Assembly (NCBI GenBank): GCA_964035575.1 | Contig: OZ037843.1 | Coordinates: forward strand, 248,001 to 312,000 | Reading direction: 5' to 3' | DNA length: 64,000 bases | From: Rhynchopus sp. YZ270_cl-10 | Lineage: Eukaryota | Shown here: in pieces, positions 1-13,200 of the stretch | Numbering within the stretch: the stretch's first letter is position 1 | How the letters are laid out: the number at the start of each line of letters is the position of its first letter | Program-made: the position numbers and the translations under genes | The notes under the pieces: generated by a model | Told to the model about the DNA's origin: nothing | Databases searched by the model: none | Seen by the model: the letters and a program-made list of their open reading frames with translations, nothing else

Positions 1-2630
1 CAAAAGACTATAAACGGGGGGGAAAAAGTAAAAGTTGTTTGTTGTTCGCTTCCACCGAACTTTCTTATTCGCAATTTGTATATTTTTCCCAAGAGACCCT
101 GGCGTAGCAAAGCTACTTAAACAAGTTTACAGTATGGCTGTGCCCGACCCTTTCCTGTTACTAAAACCAGCAACACGAAAGGGGGCCATTTAAGGGGGTG
201 TGGCAACTTCCATAGTCTAGCTGGTCTCACAACCTGAAATCAGCCATAAAGGGTTTAATGTGGGAGAAACAAAACACAATAACGATGGGACGCTGGACAC
301 ATGCATGGCGTGTGGGGACTGAGACACATTCCCTGACTAACCCACACAGGGAAAGGAAATGAGAAGAAGTGAGCAAAATTTGCAACCTGGCCTTTGTGTA
401 CTACCGGGGGTGGGGATTTGTGTCAAATGTGGCTAATCCGGCTGAATTAAATTTATGCAAAGTTCCCCACAGACCCAGGACGCTGCCAAAACAAATTTGC
501 GTACAAAAAAAAGAAACAAAACAAAGAAACAAACAAGGAATTGCAATCGAAAGTTATTACGCATCCACTTGACGTTTTGGATAAAGAAAAAACAAGTAAT
601 TGCTATCGGAAAAAAAACGGGGTGTGATGTGGAACTCCATCCTGTAGAAATAATCTACAACACGCCCAGCATTCTGCTCTTCTGCAGGTATGCTAACGCT
701 CTTCGTACGCTGCCAGACCCACTGGGACACCAGCATCTGAAACGTTCAAGAAAGGGGGCTGTCCTCTTCGTCCAGCACCATCTGCTCGATAGCGTTGTTG
801 GACGCCCGCTCGGCAGGTTCGGCGTGGTCCAGCTCGTTTTTGTCCACAGCCTCCTCACATTGTCGTCGTCGTTGGAGCAGTGCGGAAGGAACACAGAATG
901 CACAGACTACAACACATCGATCACACCAGGCGCATCAGCACCTCCAGCAAATCGCCAGGATGCTACGGTGGTTTCGAATATCGCGCGGAGTTTTCCACAG
1001 CACACCCCGCTTTTTTCTTAGCAATTACTTGTCCTTGTTGTTATTGTTGTTTTCAACCACCTTCCTTCAACCCTTGTAGGGATCATTTGTTATTTTTTTC
1101 GCGAAAACATGAAATTACACATTTCAAGAGAACAAATTAAAAAGGGTCCTTATTTGCATTTTTGGGCTCCGCCCGTGCAGTGGTGGGGTCAATCTCGAAA
1201 ATTGGACAATTTTTTGACCACTTAAATTTTGAGAAATATGAGCCCGGTTGCTTATACGTGGGGCCGTACCCCTACCCCCATCCTTTTTCCATTTTTCTAA
1301 CCCGGGCGGGTTGGAGTAGAGCCACATTTCACCGACAGGTCGAGGTGTGTGCGTTCGCACACATACTTGTGTTTTGGTGGAAAAAATTGCAAAAACGCGT
1401 TTTAGACCCCCAGAAAGGCTGGAATTGCAAAATTGGGCACTTTTAGGGTGTGACCAAAAAAGTTTTCAAGAGTCTAGTTATTACAGAGGCTCACCTTAGA
1501 AGGCAAAAATCAAGAATCCGGATTATGCGACAATGTGGACTATTTTTTGCGACAATGTGGATTATTAATCCGGATTGTCGTAATCCACATTTTAGAGTCC
1601 ACATTGTCGTTTCCCCTAACAAAAAACACTGCAAACGAACAGTTTGTTGGGATGGTGGGGTCCTCGAAGCCGGGTTCTTCGGTCCTTTTGTTCCTTTGAT
1701 TCTCCTCACACCAAACCATCTCTCTTCTGCTGTTGCGGTTTGTGGGGAAATGAAAAAAGCGAAAATAGAAGTGAAAAACACACTTATTTTTGGGGGTATT
1801 AAACCTACGTAGCATCACCAAACCCACCAAATTGTGGGGGAAATCAGGTGGAAAAATGTGAAATTAATGTGAAAAAGTGAGAAAAGGCGTGAATAGATGT
1901 CAAAAAAATATGAAAAAGGTGACTCGCGATGCGCACGGTACTGCTGAAGAGACTTACCCTGCTGCCATAGGCCCAGCACTCTGCTCTTCTGCAGGTATGC
2001 GATGAGGTGAAGGAAGGTTGTGGAAAGGTGAAGTTGAAGACGCGAAACAATAACCCGCGGGTGAGTTATCGAACTGTGTTCAGACAAGAACAAGAATTAT
2101 TTCATATACTTTCTTTTCTAAACGAAAAGAAGGTACAGAGGATGCGAAAAATGTACCCTTGCTTTTATTATTTTTTTCAGACAAGAAGAAGAATGAACAC
2201 TGAGGGGGGAAAAGAAAAACCAAATAATACCCCATGAGAGAAGAACCCTCCCTCGCCAATACATGTTATGTATTGGTTTCGTTGTAAGTACAAAAATTGG
2301 CGAGTTCCAGAACCGGGTGACTGTCGGAAAAGTTTCCCAAGAACGTCATCGCCGTCACAAACTGGCGCGTCGACACTGGGAGGTGGCAAACCGGTCACAG
2401 GCTCCCTCCCTCCCAGCCCGCTGCAAAACAAAACATTTGTTGCGCATTGAAGAGCAAACAACGAAACAAAGATGAAGACAAACACTTTGGCAGCTTCTCT
2501 GCTGATACCTCCTCTGACACTTTCTATTTTAAAGTAAAATTGCATTTTGCACGAGAAACGTTTTCCTTTTATGATTGCGATGATAAACAGAAATTGAAGA
2601 CAAAACAAGACTTGGACATCCTTTTTTTGT
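1..2630. repeat. Segmental duplication, copy 1 of the 3' flank of the membrane-Ubl gene (copy 2 at about 5035-7232)
   Basis: 1-590 matches 5035-5610 and 1265-2630 matches 5858-7232 at high identity, including the shared start caaaagactataaacgggggggaaaa. Confidence 0.9.
590..1263 (-). mobile_element. Dispersed repeat carrying a decayed Helitron-like Rep fragment (copy 1)
   Basis: Same roughly 700 bp sequence at 25633-26310 (direct) and about 43460-44113 (inverted). Minus-strand frames give RRALAYLQKSRMLG and, after a frame change, VVDYFYRMEF, resembling the lead-in to Helitron Rep HUH motif 2. Confidence 0.65.
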
Positions 2631-2719
2631 CAGAGCCACACTTCACCAACAGGTTGAGGTGCGTGACTTTTGTTTATGCCTATTGTTACCTGGGGGATGG
2701 TGACCAAGTAAGAGAAGAG

Positions 2720-4774
2720 TCAATTTGCGAGACAACTGTGCTCCAGCAACGGGTTTTCCAGATCGGTGTTCAGGAGGTGAGTGGCAGGTCGCAAGGGTAC
2801 GGTTGTTGACTTCTTCTGGGCAGCAAGCACCGCCCGCAGAGACGGAGGCTCAATGTCGTATGCAATCGCCACACTGGCAGGGACGAGGAAGGCAAGGAAT
2901 ACCCACCCAGAGTTTCGCGATCCGTACTCAACGACCCTTGTTGCGTGCAGTGCCACCATGAACACCACCATCACCACGTACACACATTTCCACACTTTCA
3001 TTGCGCGTAGTCCCCGCTGCACATGCACGAAGTCAGACACGTTGCAGCCATGTTCGATCAACACACACGTCAGGAAGTGAGGCGCCCCAGCAAAGGGCAG
3101 CACATACCGCCACATCCCCACCGGCTCTGTGTTGCACTCGTCCACCAGCCTTCTCACCTCGTCGCACGCGAGGTCTCCAGCAACAATCTTTTCCACAACC
3201 CCGTAGTACAGGCAATCTATGCCTGCCCACCTCCCGTTCGTGAAGTGGTCCTCGCGCGGCTCGTTCTTACGCACGCGCACCTCCACGTTGCAGCCCTCCT
3301 CGACCGGCAGGTTCGCCACAGGTGTGTTCCTGTCCCCTTCCAACGCACACCCGTCCACAAGCAGCTTCACCTGCACAGGCGCAGAGTCTGTGGTGTGAGG
3401 TAAACATGCCTGCCGTGCCTTGCTGCACATGTCCCCAAGTGTGTCGTCCACACCAACGTGCACACGTACCTTCTCCCGGCGCATCAACGTCACAAACACA
3501 TTCATCCCTTCTCCTTCCCCTGCGGGCACATCATCCCCCTCGTCAGTCAAGTACCCTTCGCTGGCAGTGCTCATGTCGTGAGCTATGTTGCGACCTGAGT
3601 AGCGCACTATTAAGTTTTCCAGTTTTGGCCATGCAGCCATCTGTGACTTCGGTGTGGTCTGGCTGATGTAAGTAAAGCAGAGAAACAGCACGACGCCTTG
3701 GAACATGCTCATAGTGACAGGGTCGAAGTAGAAGAAGCGGTGCCGCTCCTCCTCAGGCCCCAGCAGCAGCACAGCAACGGAGTAGGCCACAAAGTCGCAC
3801 AGTGCGCACAGCTCACACAACCCCACGGTGTCGCGTACAAGGGCCTCCCACTTCCCGTCAGGCGCCAGAAGGTGATCTATATCCGACCCATAGCGCCGTA
3901 TAACGCAGAACATACAAAAAACCTTTATTACTTCCAACACAACATAGAAGGCAAGGTAGCTGTACGCTTCCAAACTGAACAAAGCTTTCGTAACAGAAGG
4001 GTAGATGAAGGACATTATGAATAGCGCCAACCAAAGGATGTAATTAAGATAGATGAACACAGACTCCGACTCGCTGCATAAAACTGCGGCAGATACCGCC
4101 GCGGACACTACCACGTTGATCCTCGCGGCAACCAACACAACACCCGGTATGTTCGACTGCACACCCTCGACTGGAAATGTAAATGCTTCCGCGTCTTCGC
4201 CACGCGATTGTTCTGCCAATATTATGGCGGTGAAAACGCTGATAGCAAGACCGTCGGAAACGACAAGACAGAACTGCGTGATGCGGGTATGGGCCTTCCC
4301 ATATCGAAGAAGCGCTACAGTCGCCACACGAACGCCAATCATGCAGAAGCAGACGTAGAAGCACCAACGCAGATCTATGGAACACTCCCCACCCGGCATG
4401 TCGAAGCGTGTCCCGTCCGTTGTGTTGAGAGCCTCGTCAGAGCACTGCACACGCCATAGGGGCACTGTTGTATTCGTGTCGTTCACATCCCCTGTCAACG
4501 CTGACACTTCGACGTTGTCTTCATATAAGTACTCATAGTCCTTCAGGTACGCAGCCAGCACACACGGACAGGCAAGCCACAGAGCGAACACCACGGTGGC
4601 CAGTCCCAGCCTCTCCTCCCTCAGGTCAGTTATTATCGGGCGTTCGTCTGTGCGGGATGCATCGCTGCATCGCTGCTCGAGCGGGGGTTGCGTGGACACG
4701 CTGTCCGCAGACGCTGAAGTCATCTCAATGTCGACGCCCTCCAGGTTGGCGGGGTCACGGTCGGGGTCGGCCAT
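2720..4774 (-). CDS. Multi-pass membrane protein with internal ubiquitin-like domain (about 684 aa)
   Basis: Long ORF. Start placed at MADPDRD, shared with the paralog. Many hydrophobic segments, a Ubl-like segment MNVFVTLMRREKVRVHVGVDDTLGDM...KLLVDGCALEGDRNTPVANLPVEEGCNVEVRVR, and two C-terminal hydrophobic helices. Confidence 0.85.
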   Translation of the reverse strand: MADPDRDPANLEGVDIEMTSASADSVSTQPPLEQRCSDASRTDERPIITDLREERLGLATVVFALWLACPCVLAAYLKDYEYLYEDNVEVSALTGDVNDTNTTVPLWRVQCSDEALNTTDGTRFDMPGGECSIDLRWCFYVCFCMIGVRVATVALLRYGKAHTRITQFCLVVSDGLAISVFTAIILAEQSRGEDAEAFTFPVEGVQSNIPGVVLVAARINVVVSAAVSAAVLCSESESVFIYLNYILWLALFIMSFIYPSVTKALFSLEAYSYLAFYVVLEVIKVFCMFCVIRRYGSDIDHLLAPDGKWEALVRDTVGLCELCALCDFVAYSVAVLLLGPEEERHRFFYFDPVTMSMFQGVVLFLCFTYISQTTPKSQMAAWPKLENLIVRYSGRNIAHDMSTASEGYLTDEGDDVPAGEGEGMNVFVTLMRREKVRVHVGVDDTLGDMCSKARQACLPHTTDSAPVQVKLLVDGCALEGDRNTPVANLPVEEGCNVEVRVRKNEPREDHFTNGRWAGIDCLYYGVVEKIVAGDLACDEVRRLVDECNTEPVGMWRYVLPFAGAPHFLTCVLIEHGCNVSDFVHVQRGLRAMKVWKCVYVVMVVFMVALHATRVVEYGSRNSGWVFLAFLVPASVAIAYDIEPPSLRAVLAAQKKSTTVPLRPATHLLNTDLENPLLEHSCLAN

Positions 4775-5034
4775 AATGTCGTTTGTGCGCACGGGACGTG
4801 ATGTGTAATGCTGGTGTGATATAATAAATTTCGTTGACCGCAGCCGTTTTAGGAAGCCTTTTAGGCTCGTACCCTGGGTGGTGTGGCATGTCATAATTGG
4901 GTGAGGGGAATGATTCAAAAGGAAAGCATGAGGAAAAATTTACCGTTGGCTAATCAAGGTCAGTTTCTGATAACACTGCGTGAAAGGAAAGATATAAAAA
5001 TGCTCGAGAGACTCGTTCCTCTTTGCTTGTTGCT

Positions 5035-7232
5035 CAAAAGACTATAAACGGGGGGGAAAAAAGTAAAAGTTGTTTGTTGTTCGCTTCCACCGAAGAGTTT
5101 CTTATTCGCAATTTGTATATTTTTTCCAAGAGACCCTGGCGTAGCAAAGCTACTTAAACAAGTTTACAGTATGGGTGTGCCCGACCCTTTCCTGTTAAAA
5201 CCAGCAACACGAAAGGGGGGGCCATTTAAGGGGGTGTGGCAACTTCCCTAGTCTAGCTGGTCTCACAACCTGAAATCAGCCATAAAGGGTTTAATGTGGG
5301 AGAAACAAAACACAATAACGATGGGACGCTGGACACACATGCGTGCAGCGTGTGGGGACTGAGACACATTCCCTGACTAACCCACACAGGGAAAGAAAAT
5401 GAGAAGAAGTGAGCAAAATTTGTAACCTGGCCTTTGTGTACTACCGGGGGTGGGGATTTGTGTCAAATGTGGCTAATCCGGAATTTATGCAAAGTTCCCC
5501 ACAGACCCAGGACGCTGCCAAAACAAATTTGCGTACAAAAAAAACAAACAAACAAGGAATTGCAATCGAAAGTTATTACGCATCCACTTGACGTTTTGGA
5601 TAAAGAAAAACAAAGACGGAAGGGGGTTTGGGGGGAAGAATTTAATTCTTGAAGGCATCCCCACCCTGTATTGTGCAGTCACACAAATGCACACATGTCT
5701 TGGGAGGGGGGAAAGAAACGGGGTGGATATGGGAGGAACCACGCTCCTGGAACTCCACCCTGCAGAAATAATCTACGGCACATATATGCACTTTCTGTGC
5801 TAGGGTAAGTTGATTGTATTTTTTGCATGATTACAATGCTAAAAGGAAATTGAACACCGTACCCCTACTCCCATCCTTTTTCCATTTTTCTAATCTGGGG
5901 CGGGTTGGAGTAGAGCCACATTTCACCGACAGGTCGAGGTGTGTGCGTTCGCACACATACTTGTGTTTTGGTGGAAAAAATTGCAAAAACGCGTTTTAGA
6001 CCCCCAGAAAGGCTGGAATTGCAAAATTGGGCACTTTTAGGGTGTGACCAAAAAAGTTTTCAAGAGTCTAGTTATTACAGAGGCTCACCTTAGAAGGCAA
6101 AAATCAAGAATCCGGATTATGCGACAATGTGGACTATTTTTTGCGACAATGTGGATTATTAATTCGGATTGTCGTAATCCACATTTTTAGAGTCCCTATT
6201 GTCGTTTCCCCTAACAAAAAACACTACAAACGAACAGTTTGTTGGGATGGTGGGGTGCTCGAAGCCGGGTTCTTCGGTCCTTTTGGTCCTTTGATTCTCC
6301 TCACACCAAACCATCTCTCTTCTGCTGTTGCGGTTTGTGGGGAAATGAAAAAAGCGAAAATAGAAGTGAAAAATCCACCTATTTTTGGCGGGATTAAACC
6401 TACGTAGCATCACCAAACCCACCAATTTGTGGGGGAAATCAGGTGGAAAAATGTGAAATTAATGTGAAAAAGTGAGAAAAGGCGTGAATAGATGTCAAAA
6501 AAAATATGAAAAAGGTGACTCGCGATGCGCACGGTACTGCTGAAGAGACTTACCCTGCTGCCATAGGCCCAGCACTCTGCTCTTCTGCAGGTATGCGATG
6601 AGGTGAAGGAAGGTTGTGGAAAGGTGAAGTTGAAGACGCGAAACAATAACCCACGGGGGAGATATCGAACTGTGTTCAGACAAGAACAAGAATTATTTCA
6701 TGTACTTTCTTATCTAAACGAAAAGAAGGTACAGAGGGTGCGAAAAATGTACCCTTGCTTTTATTATTTCTTTTTCAGACAAGAAGAAGAATGAACACTG
6801 AGGGGGGAAAAGAAAAACCAAATAATACCCCATGAGAGAAGAACCCTCCCTCGCCAATACATGTTTGTATTGGTTTCGTTGTAAGTACAAAAATTGGCGA
6901 GTTCCAGAACCGGGTGACTGTCGGAAAAGTTTCCCAAGAACGTCATCGCCGTCACAAACTGGCGCGTCGACACTGGGAGGTGGCAAACCGGTCACAGGCT
7001 CCCTCCCTCCCAGCCCGCTGCAAAACAAAACATTTGCTGCGTATTGAAGAGCAAACAATGAAACAAAGATGAAAACAAACACTTTGGCAGCTTCTCTGCT
7101 GATACCTCCTCTGAGCCTTTCTATTTTAAAGTAAAATTGCATTTTGCACGAGAAACGTTTTCCTTTCATGATTGCGATGATAAACGGAAATTGAAGACAA
7201 AACAAGACTTGGGGACAGCCTTTTTTTTTTGT
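5035..7232. repeat. Segmental duplication, copy 2 of the 3' flank of the membrane-Ubl gene
   Basis: Near-identical to 1-590 plus 1265-2630. After the 7248-13230 insertion it resumes as cagagccacacttcaccaacagg (about 13244), matching 2631. Confidence 0.9.
5720..5779 (-). mobile_element. Helitron/Helentron Rep HUH motif-2 remnant
   Basis: Minus strand translates AVDYFCRVEFQERGSSHIHP, matching the Helitron Rep consensus VEFQxRGSPHxH. Confidence 0.75.
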
Positions 7233-7247
7233 GCTCCGGGGGAGGGA

Positions 7248-10200
7248 CAGGGCACTAGCTAGACTTTTTTTTTCCCGTTTTTTTGCGGTTTCGCGGTTTC
7301 AAAAAAATTTTCGCGCGGCGACAAACTTGAAGTGAAAACACACGAATGAGGGACGGGGAGATTTTGGGAAGGGGTTATTTACAGGGCATTTATGCACCTT
7401 GGAAGACTTTATTGGACGGCCTGGGCACTTGTATGGACAGCATTTATGGGCCTCAAACTCTTTTTATGGGCCTCAAACTCTTTTTATGGGCCTAGGCCCA
7501 TAAATGGAGTTTGAGGCCCATAAAAAGAGTTTTTTTGGTACAAGGTGACCTCCATACTAACTGAACTCTCGAATTTTTTTTTTTCGCCTATAGGGCTTAT
7601 TTTGACGATTTGAGGCCATTAAAGCCAAAATTGAGCAAAAAAAAGTCTTCCTCGGTGCATAAAACTAGTTTTGCATGGCCCCGAGGCCTCGTAAGGGCCC
7701 CTCGGCCCATAAAAAGTGCCTCGGCCCGTTAGGGGCCTCGGCACTTTTTATGGGCCTCGGGGCCCTTACTCGGCCTCGGGGCCATGCAATAAATACTCAT
7801 TATGCACCTCGGAAGACTTTATTGGACGGCCTGGGCACTTGTATGGACAGCATTTATTGGCCTCAAACTCCATTTCTCGGCCTAGGCCGAGAAATGGAGT
7901 TTGAGGCCGAGAAATGAAGGCCTCAAACTCCATTTCTCGGCCTGAAACTCCAAGGCCGAGAAATGGAGTTTTCATGGTACAAGGTGACCTCCGTACTAAC
8001 TAAACTCTCGAATTTTTTTTTTCGCCTATAGGGCTTATCAGGGTCCTAGCTTGGTTTTGGAAAAAAATGCCAAATCTGGGTCAGAATTTTTTTCTTGGGT
8101 CAGCAGAGGTTTTGGGCCTTGGGGGGCTTGTCTTGGCTTTTTTGGGTTTTCCGAGCTCTACCCTCACTGTGGTGGGGTCATTTCAGAAAAATGGACAAGT
8201 TCTTGACTGATACAAATTTTGGCCACTACGACTAGTGAGTTGCTCACAACGTTAAGTGGAACGCTACTATAACCATAAAAATCACTCCCCGTTCATAGAT
8301 CACCCAACACAAAATATATAAAATGGCGCCGCAGGCGAAAAAAATCAGGGTACGGTGTAAAAATGTAGCTTTTTACACCACAGAGTCACTCTACGAACCC
8401 TTTTTTGCGGAGCAAAAAAGGAAAAATGGCGCCGCAGGCAAAAAAAAATTGGGTCTAGCCCTGGACGGTGCCGGATTTTTTTGTCGATATTTTTTTCTTA
8501 CCCCAGAAAAGGTGGTGGGCCCCCCAAACAGGGGAAAAAATCAGAATTTCCCAATTTCCAAATTACTGGGGGGGGTCGAATAGTAGATCCCCCCTTTGAA
8601 TAGTAGATCCCCCCCTAAATTTTAGACTCCAATTTTTTTGACCATATTTTAGGTGCTCGAAAGTGGAGTCTGACCCCCATGTCCAGGTCACAAAAATGCC
8701 CGAGTAATTAATTCCCTTTTTTTTTTTTTTTTTTCGTGGGTCGCGACCATACTTGTAGCTAACTAGCCGTGGTACGTGGCGATTTTGTTTCCCAAAAGAA
8801 AGAAAAAAATCGGCCGGAAAGAAATTTTTTTTACCCAGGAAAAAAATTTTTACCCAGGGAAAAAATTTTCCCCCCAGGAAATAAATTTTCCCCCAGGAAA
8901 TAAATTTCCCTCAGGCACTAAATTTGCCTCAGGAAATAAATTTCCCCTCGGGAAATAAATTTGCCCCAGGAAATAAATTTCCCTCAGACAATAAATTTCC
9001 CCCAGGAAATAAATTTGCCCCAGGAAATAAATTTCCCCAGGAAATAAATTTGCCTCAGGAAATAAATTTCCCCCAGGAAATAAATTTCCCTCAGGAAATA
9101 AATTTGCCTCAGACAATAAATTTCCCTCAGGAAATAAATTTCCCCTCGGGAAATAAATTTCCCCCAGGAAATAAATTTGCCTCAGGAAATAAATTTCCCC
9201 TCGGGAAATAAATTTTCCCCAGGAAATAAATTTCCCTCAGACAATAAATTTCCCCCAGGAAATAAATTTGCCCCAGGAAATAAATTTCCCCAGGAAATAA
9301 ATTTTCCCCAGGAAATAAATTTGCCTCAGGAAATAAATTTCCCCCAGGAAATAAATTTCCCTCAGGAAATAAATTTGCCTCAGACAATAAATTTCCCTCA
9401 GGAAATAAATTTGCCCCAGGAAATAAATTTTCCCCAGGAAATAAATTTGCCTCAGGAAATAAATTTCCCCTCGGGAAATAAATTTTCCCCAGGAAATAAA
9501 TTTCCCTCAGACAATAAATTTCCCCCAGGAAATAAATTTGCCCCAGGAAATAAATTTCCCCCAGTGGTGTGGCTGTATAGGGCTAGGGTGTATACCCTAG
9601 AAGGACCCAAGAAGTACCCAATTTACACCTAATTTTAAGGGGGGTGCAAAAATTATTTTGTGTATATTTTTTTGGTGGTTTTTTGTGGCCAGAAATTTCC
9701 CCCAGAAATTTTCACCCCAAAAAATCAAAAAAATTTTTTTTTGATTTCGGTGCTCCGGGGCTTCTGCGTGCTGTGATGGGGTCACTTTGCGCTCAGAACT
9801 GAGTATTTTTGACCTAAAATGCATGTATCAGTTTTTACAGGCCATTTTCAGGTTTTGTGTGTAATATGGTCAGTACTTGACCACTGAGGGTAAAGTGCAA
9901 AGTAAACGTGGGGGCAGTTTGCATAGCTGCGAACTTTGCTGCGCGTTGTAACCCCCCACAATTTGACGGTCGGAGCTCGTAGAACCCAACGAGGAGTGAG
10001 AAAAAGATAGGTCGAAAGAATAAAAGTAGCATACCGTGCGCCTGCGGCGCAAGCTTTGCAACCCACCCCACGCATGACATAGTTTGGCTGCAGCAACCTG
10101 AACACCTGGTAGTGGTCGTCGCAGGCCACTGTCGTCTCGGACCCCCCATATTCGACCATCATCCCACGATTTCCCAAAAACCAAAAGTTAGCGTCAGGCC

Positions 10201-13200
10201 TGGTCATGACAGGTAAAATGCACTAGGGTACTGGGTACTGGGTACTGGGTGCCAACCCCGGATTTTGAGAAAATTTCCACCACCGAACACGTGGGGCTCT
10301 CGGATGTACCAACTTTTTGCGAAAACAAGGCTACTAACCACAGGGAAAGCTCGAGAAAAAAATCACGTTTTCCTTAAGGAAGTGCCCTAAGGAAAATCAC
10401 TATACCCTGGAAGGACCCAAGAAGTACCCAATTTACACCTAATTTTTAGGAAAATCACACCACCCAGGAAATAAATTTCCCTCAGGAAATAAATTTCCCT
10501 CAGGCACTAAATTTGCCTCAGGCAATAAATTTCCTTCCAGGATATGCACCTGGGGAACTGGGTTGCATCCTGTATCTTAAATTTTTTTGCCTGCGGCGCC
10601 ATTTTTTCATTTTTTGCTCCGCAAAAAAGGGTTCGTTGAGTGACTCTGGTGACAGGGATTACGCTCCACGTGTGGAACGTATGGAAATCCATACGTGAAT
10701 TGTTTTGAAAAGGTGTAATCCGTACGTGTCCATACGTGGTAATTTGGGTTTTGGATTGAGGCTGGGGTGAGGTTAGGTGAGGAGTGGGGGCTCCGCCCAC
10801 TACTCACCTAACCCCCACAGAATTCTATTTTTAGAAGACAATTTTCTTCTATTTTACCGGAAAAGGAAGATGCACTGCGGCGCGAGCTTTCAACCCACCC
10901 TTCCCGCGACATAGTAGGCAATTTTAAGCGCAATTTTTAGAAATGTTGCGTACCGTGGCTTCGCCAGAAACTTTCGTTTTAGTAAAATATGGAAGTAAAA
11001 TTTACGGAACTGGACGATAGTTACCAACAAAAGTGCCATTTTATGTCAACATTTTAAAGAAATGTTGCGTACCGTGGCTTCGCCAGAACCTTTGGGAAGC
11101 AATGAGGAGTGAGAAAGAAGGATAAGGGCAAAGAAAAAAGTAGCGTACCATGCGCCTGCGGCGCAAGCTTGCATTACATCCTTTCCATGACATAGTTTGG
11201 CTGTAAAAAAAAGGTGCAATTGTAAGCGCATTTTTTAGAAATGTTGCGTACCGTGGCTTCGCCACGAGTTTAACACTGAAAAGATGGGGAATATGCTTGA
11301 ACGCGCTGTTGCCCTGTTTCTCAGCAACAAGCGTCACAGATTCAAGAGAAAACGGAGGTGTTCCTGCTGATGGCGGAGGAGTTGGAAAACGTCGCTCCCC
11401 CCGTATTTGTTTCCGGAATTGAGCTTCTGAGGACCTTTTTCGCGCGAAGCGCGAAAATTTTTTTTTTGCCAAAAAGAAAGAAATTGGGCGTGGAATTCTA
11501 AAATTTTTCGGGAAAAACGGCATATTTAGCGATAAGTATGGTCGCGACCCAGGCACTTGGGTCAGCTTGACCCACTGACCCAGGCAAGCTAGGACTCTGG
11601 GCTTATTTTGACGATTTGAGGCCATTAAAGCCAAAATTGAGCACTTTTGAGCATCTGTGGTTATCTAAAAATTCTTCCTCGGTGCATAAAACTAGTTTTG
11701 CATGGCCCCGAGGCCTCGTAAGGGCCCCTCGGCCTCGGGGCCATGCAATAAATACCCATTTTTACGGGCTAAACCCGACTGACCCCTGGTGGAATCTCCT
11801 GCCAACTTCATTGCATGTATCAGAATGCTTCTGTGCGTGAGGATGTGTTGCCGCATGGTCTGCACAGCTTCCGACGTTCGCACATACTCCCTCCAGTCTC
11901 CTGTTTGCTGTCGACCATTCTATCACACTCCTCCATGTCCGCGGTGGCACGCCGGCTCACTATGCTCTGACTTACTCTCCCTGATCGTGGACCACCCCTC
12001 TACCTGAATCGATTGCATTTTCGGTTGAAAAATGCAACTGCCCAAATTGCAAAGGGATTCCCGAAGACATTGTAAAATAATAAATGGCGCCGCAGGCAAA
12101 AAAAATTAGGGTGCGGTGTAAAGATGCCGGTTTTACACCAGAGTCACTCAACATAGCTATTTTTTACCGACCAGAAAAGTCGTTTTCTTGATTCGTGTTT
12201 TCTGAGTGTGCACGAGTGCCCGCAGGGCACGAGTGCACACTCAGAAATCACGAATCAAGAGAAAACGACTTTTTGGGAGGTGAAAACAGGGCTTTGTTGA
12301 AATTTTCTGGCTTTGAGGAACTTTCACACACAATTTTAACGGGTTTTATCTGTGTATCTGTGTACCTGTGTACAGGATATTTGTTGTCAAAGACATCTTC
12401 CACCATGCATTGAGGAGGGTAAGACAGTGGTCGCAGTTTGTACTTGATAGCATTACAACATTTAACTTCTCCACGGGGGTCTTGGGCCGTTCACTCGGTT
12501 ATACCTTGACTACCGGAAGATATTCTTGAGGCCTTTTTGGTCTCTAGAATATCCGGTCTTCCCGAACGGAGGCACACTTTGTGTGTTACTACGACCTGGC
12601 AATTTCCAGCAGTAGGTTAAGTAATCTTTCTTGTAAATTGTTGGATCATTATCTCCTCAGTGCATGAATGCCCCACGTGACTGGACACTTTTGTGTTTGT
12701 CATGTGGAGCTGTGGTTGCTCTTTCACGACTTTTTTCCTTGTACACCAGTGTACCGTGTACCTGGGTACCTGGGCCGAAAATACACCAGTACCCAGGTGC
12801 CTGGGTGCCCAGACACACCACTGTACCCAGAATCCAGTCTCCCACCCAGAAAACCTACTCATACACCAGAAAAGTGAAAATAGCTACTCGACCAGAAAAG
12901 TGAGCTACTCGACCAGAAAAGTAGCTGGGAAAAGTTCAGAAAAAGCCAGAAAATTTCAACAAAACCCTTTTTTTGCGAAGCAAAAAAGGAAAATGGCGCC
13001 GCAGGCAAAAAAAAATGGGTTAACTCCGTGAGCGCAGCGAGCAGAAAAATATTAAGGTGCTATCATGCCAGTCATCTGGGGGTCGGGCGAGGGGGCCCCA
13101 ACAGTGCCCAAAACCCCCCACATATTTTTTTTTTCTGCCCCGAGATTTTCCGTTTTTTTTTTTTCGCCAAACCGCAAAACCGGGTTTTTGCGGTTTTGAA

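Noticed and set aside
4775..4918. N-terminal extensions given by the ORF track (also at 22218, 38710, 41344, 52382, 56349, 61225)
   Set aside because: Paralog comparison and base composition favour the downstream ATGs; the extensions are probably UTR or intergenic.
8850..9632. QEINFP/GNKF repeat ORFs, or a CRISPR-like array
   Set aside because: Contiguous minisatellite with no unique spacers and no cas genes, in a eukaryotic context.
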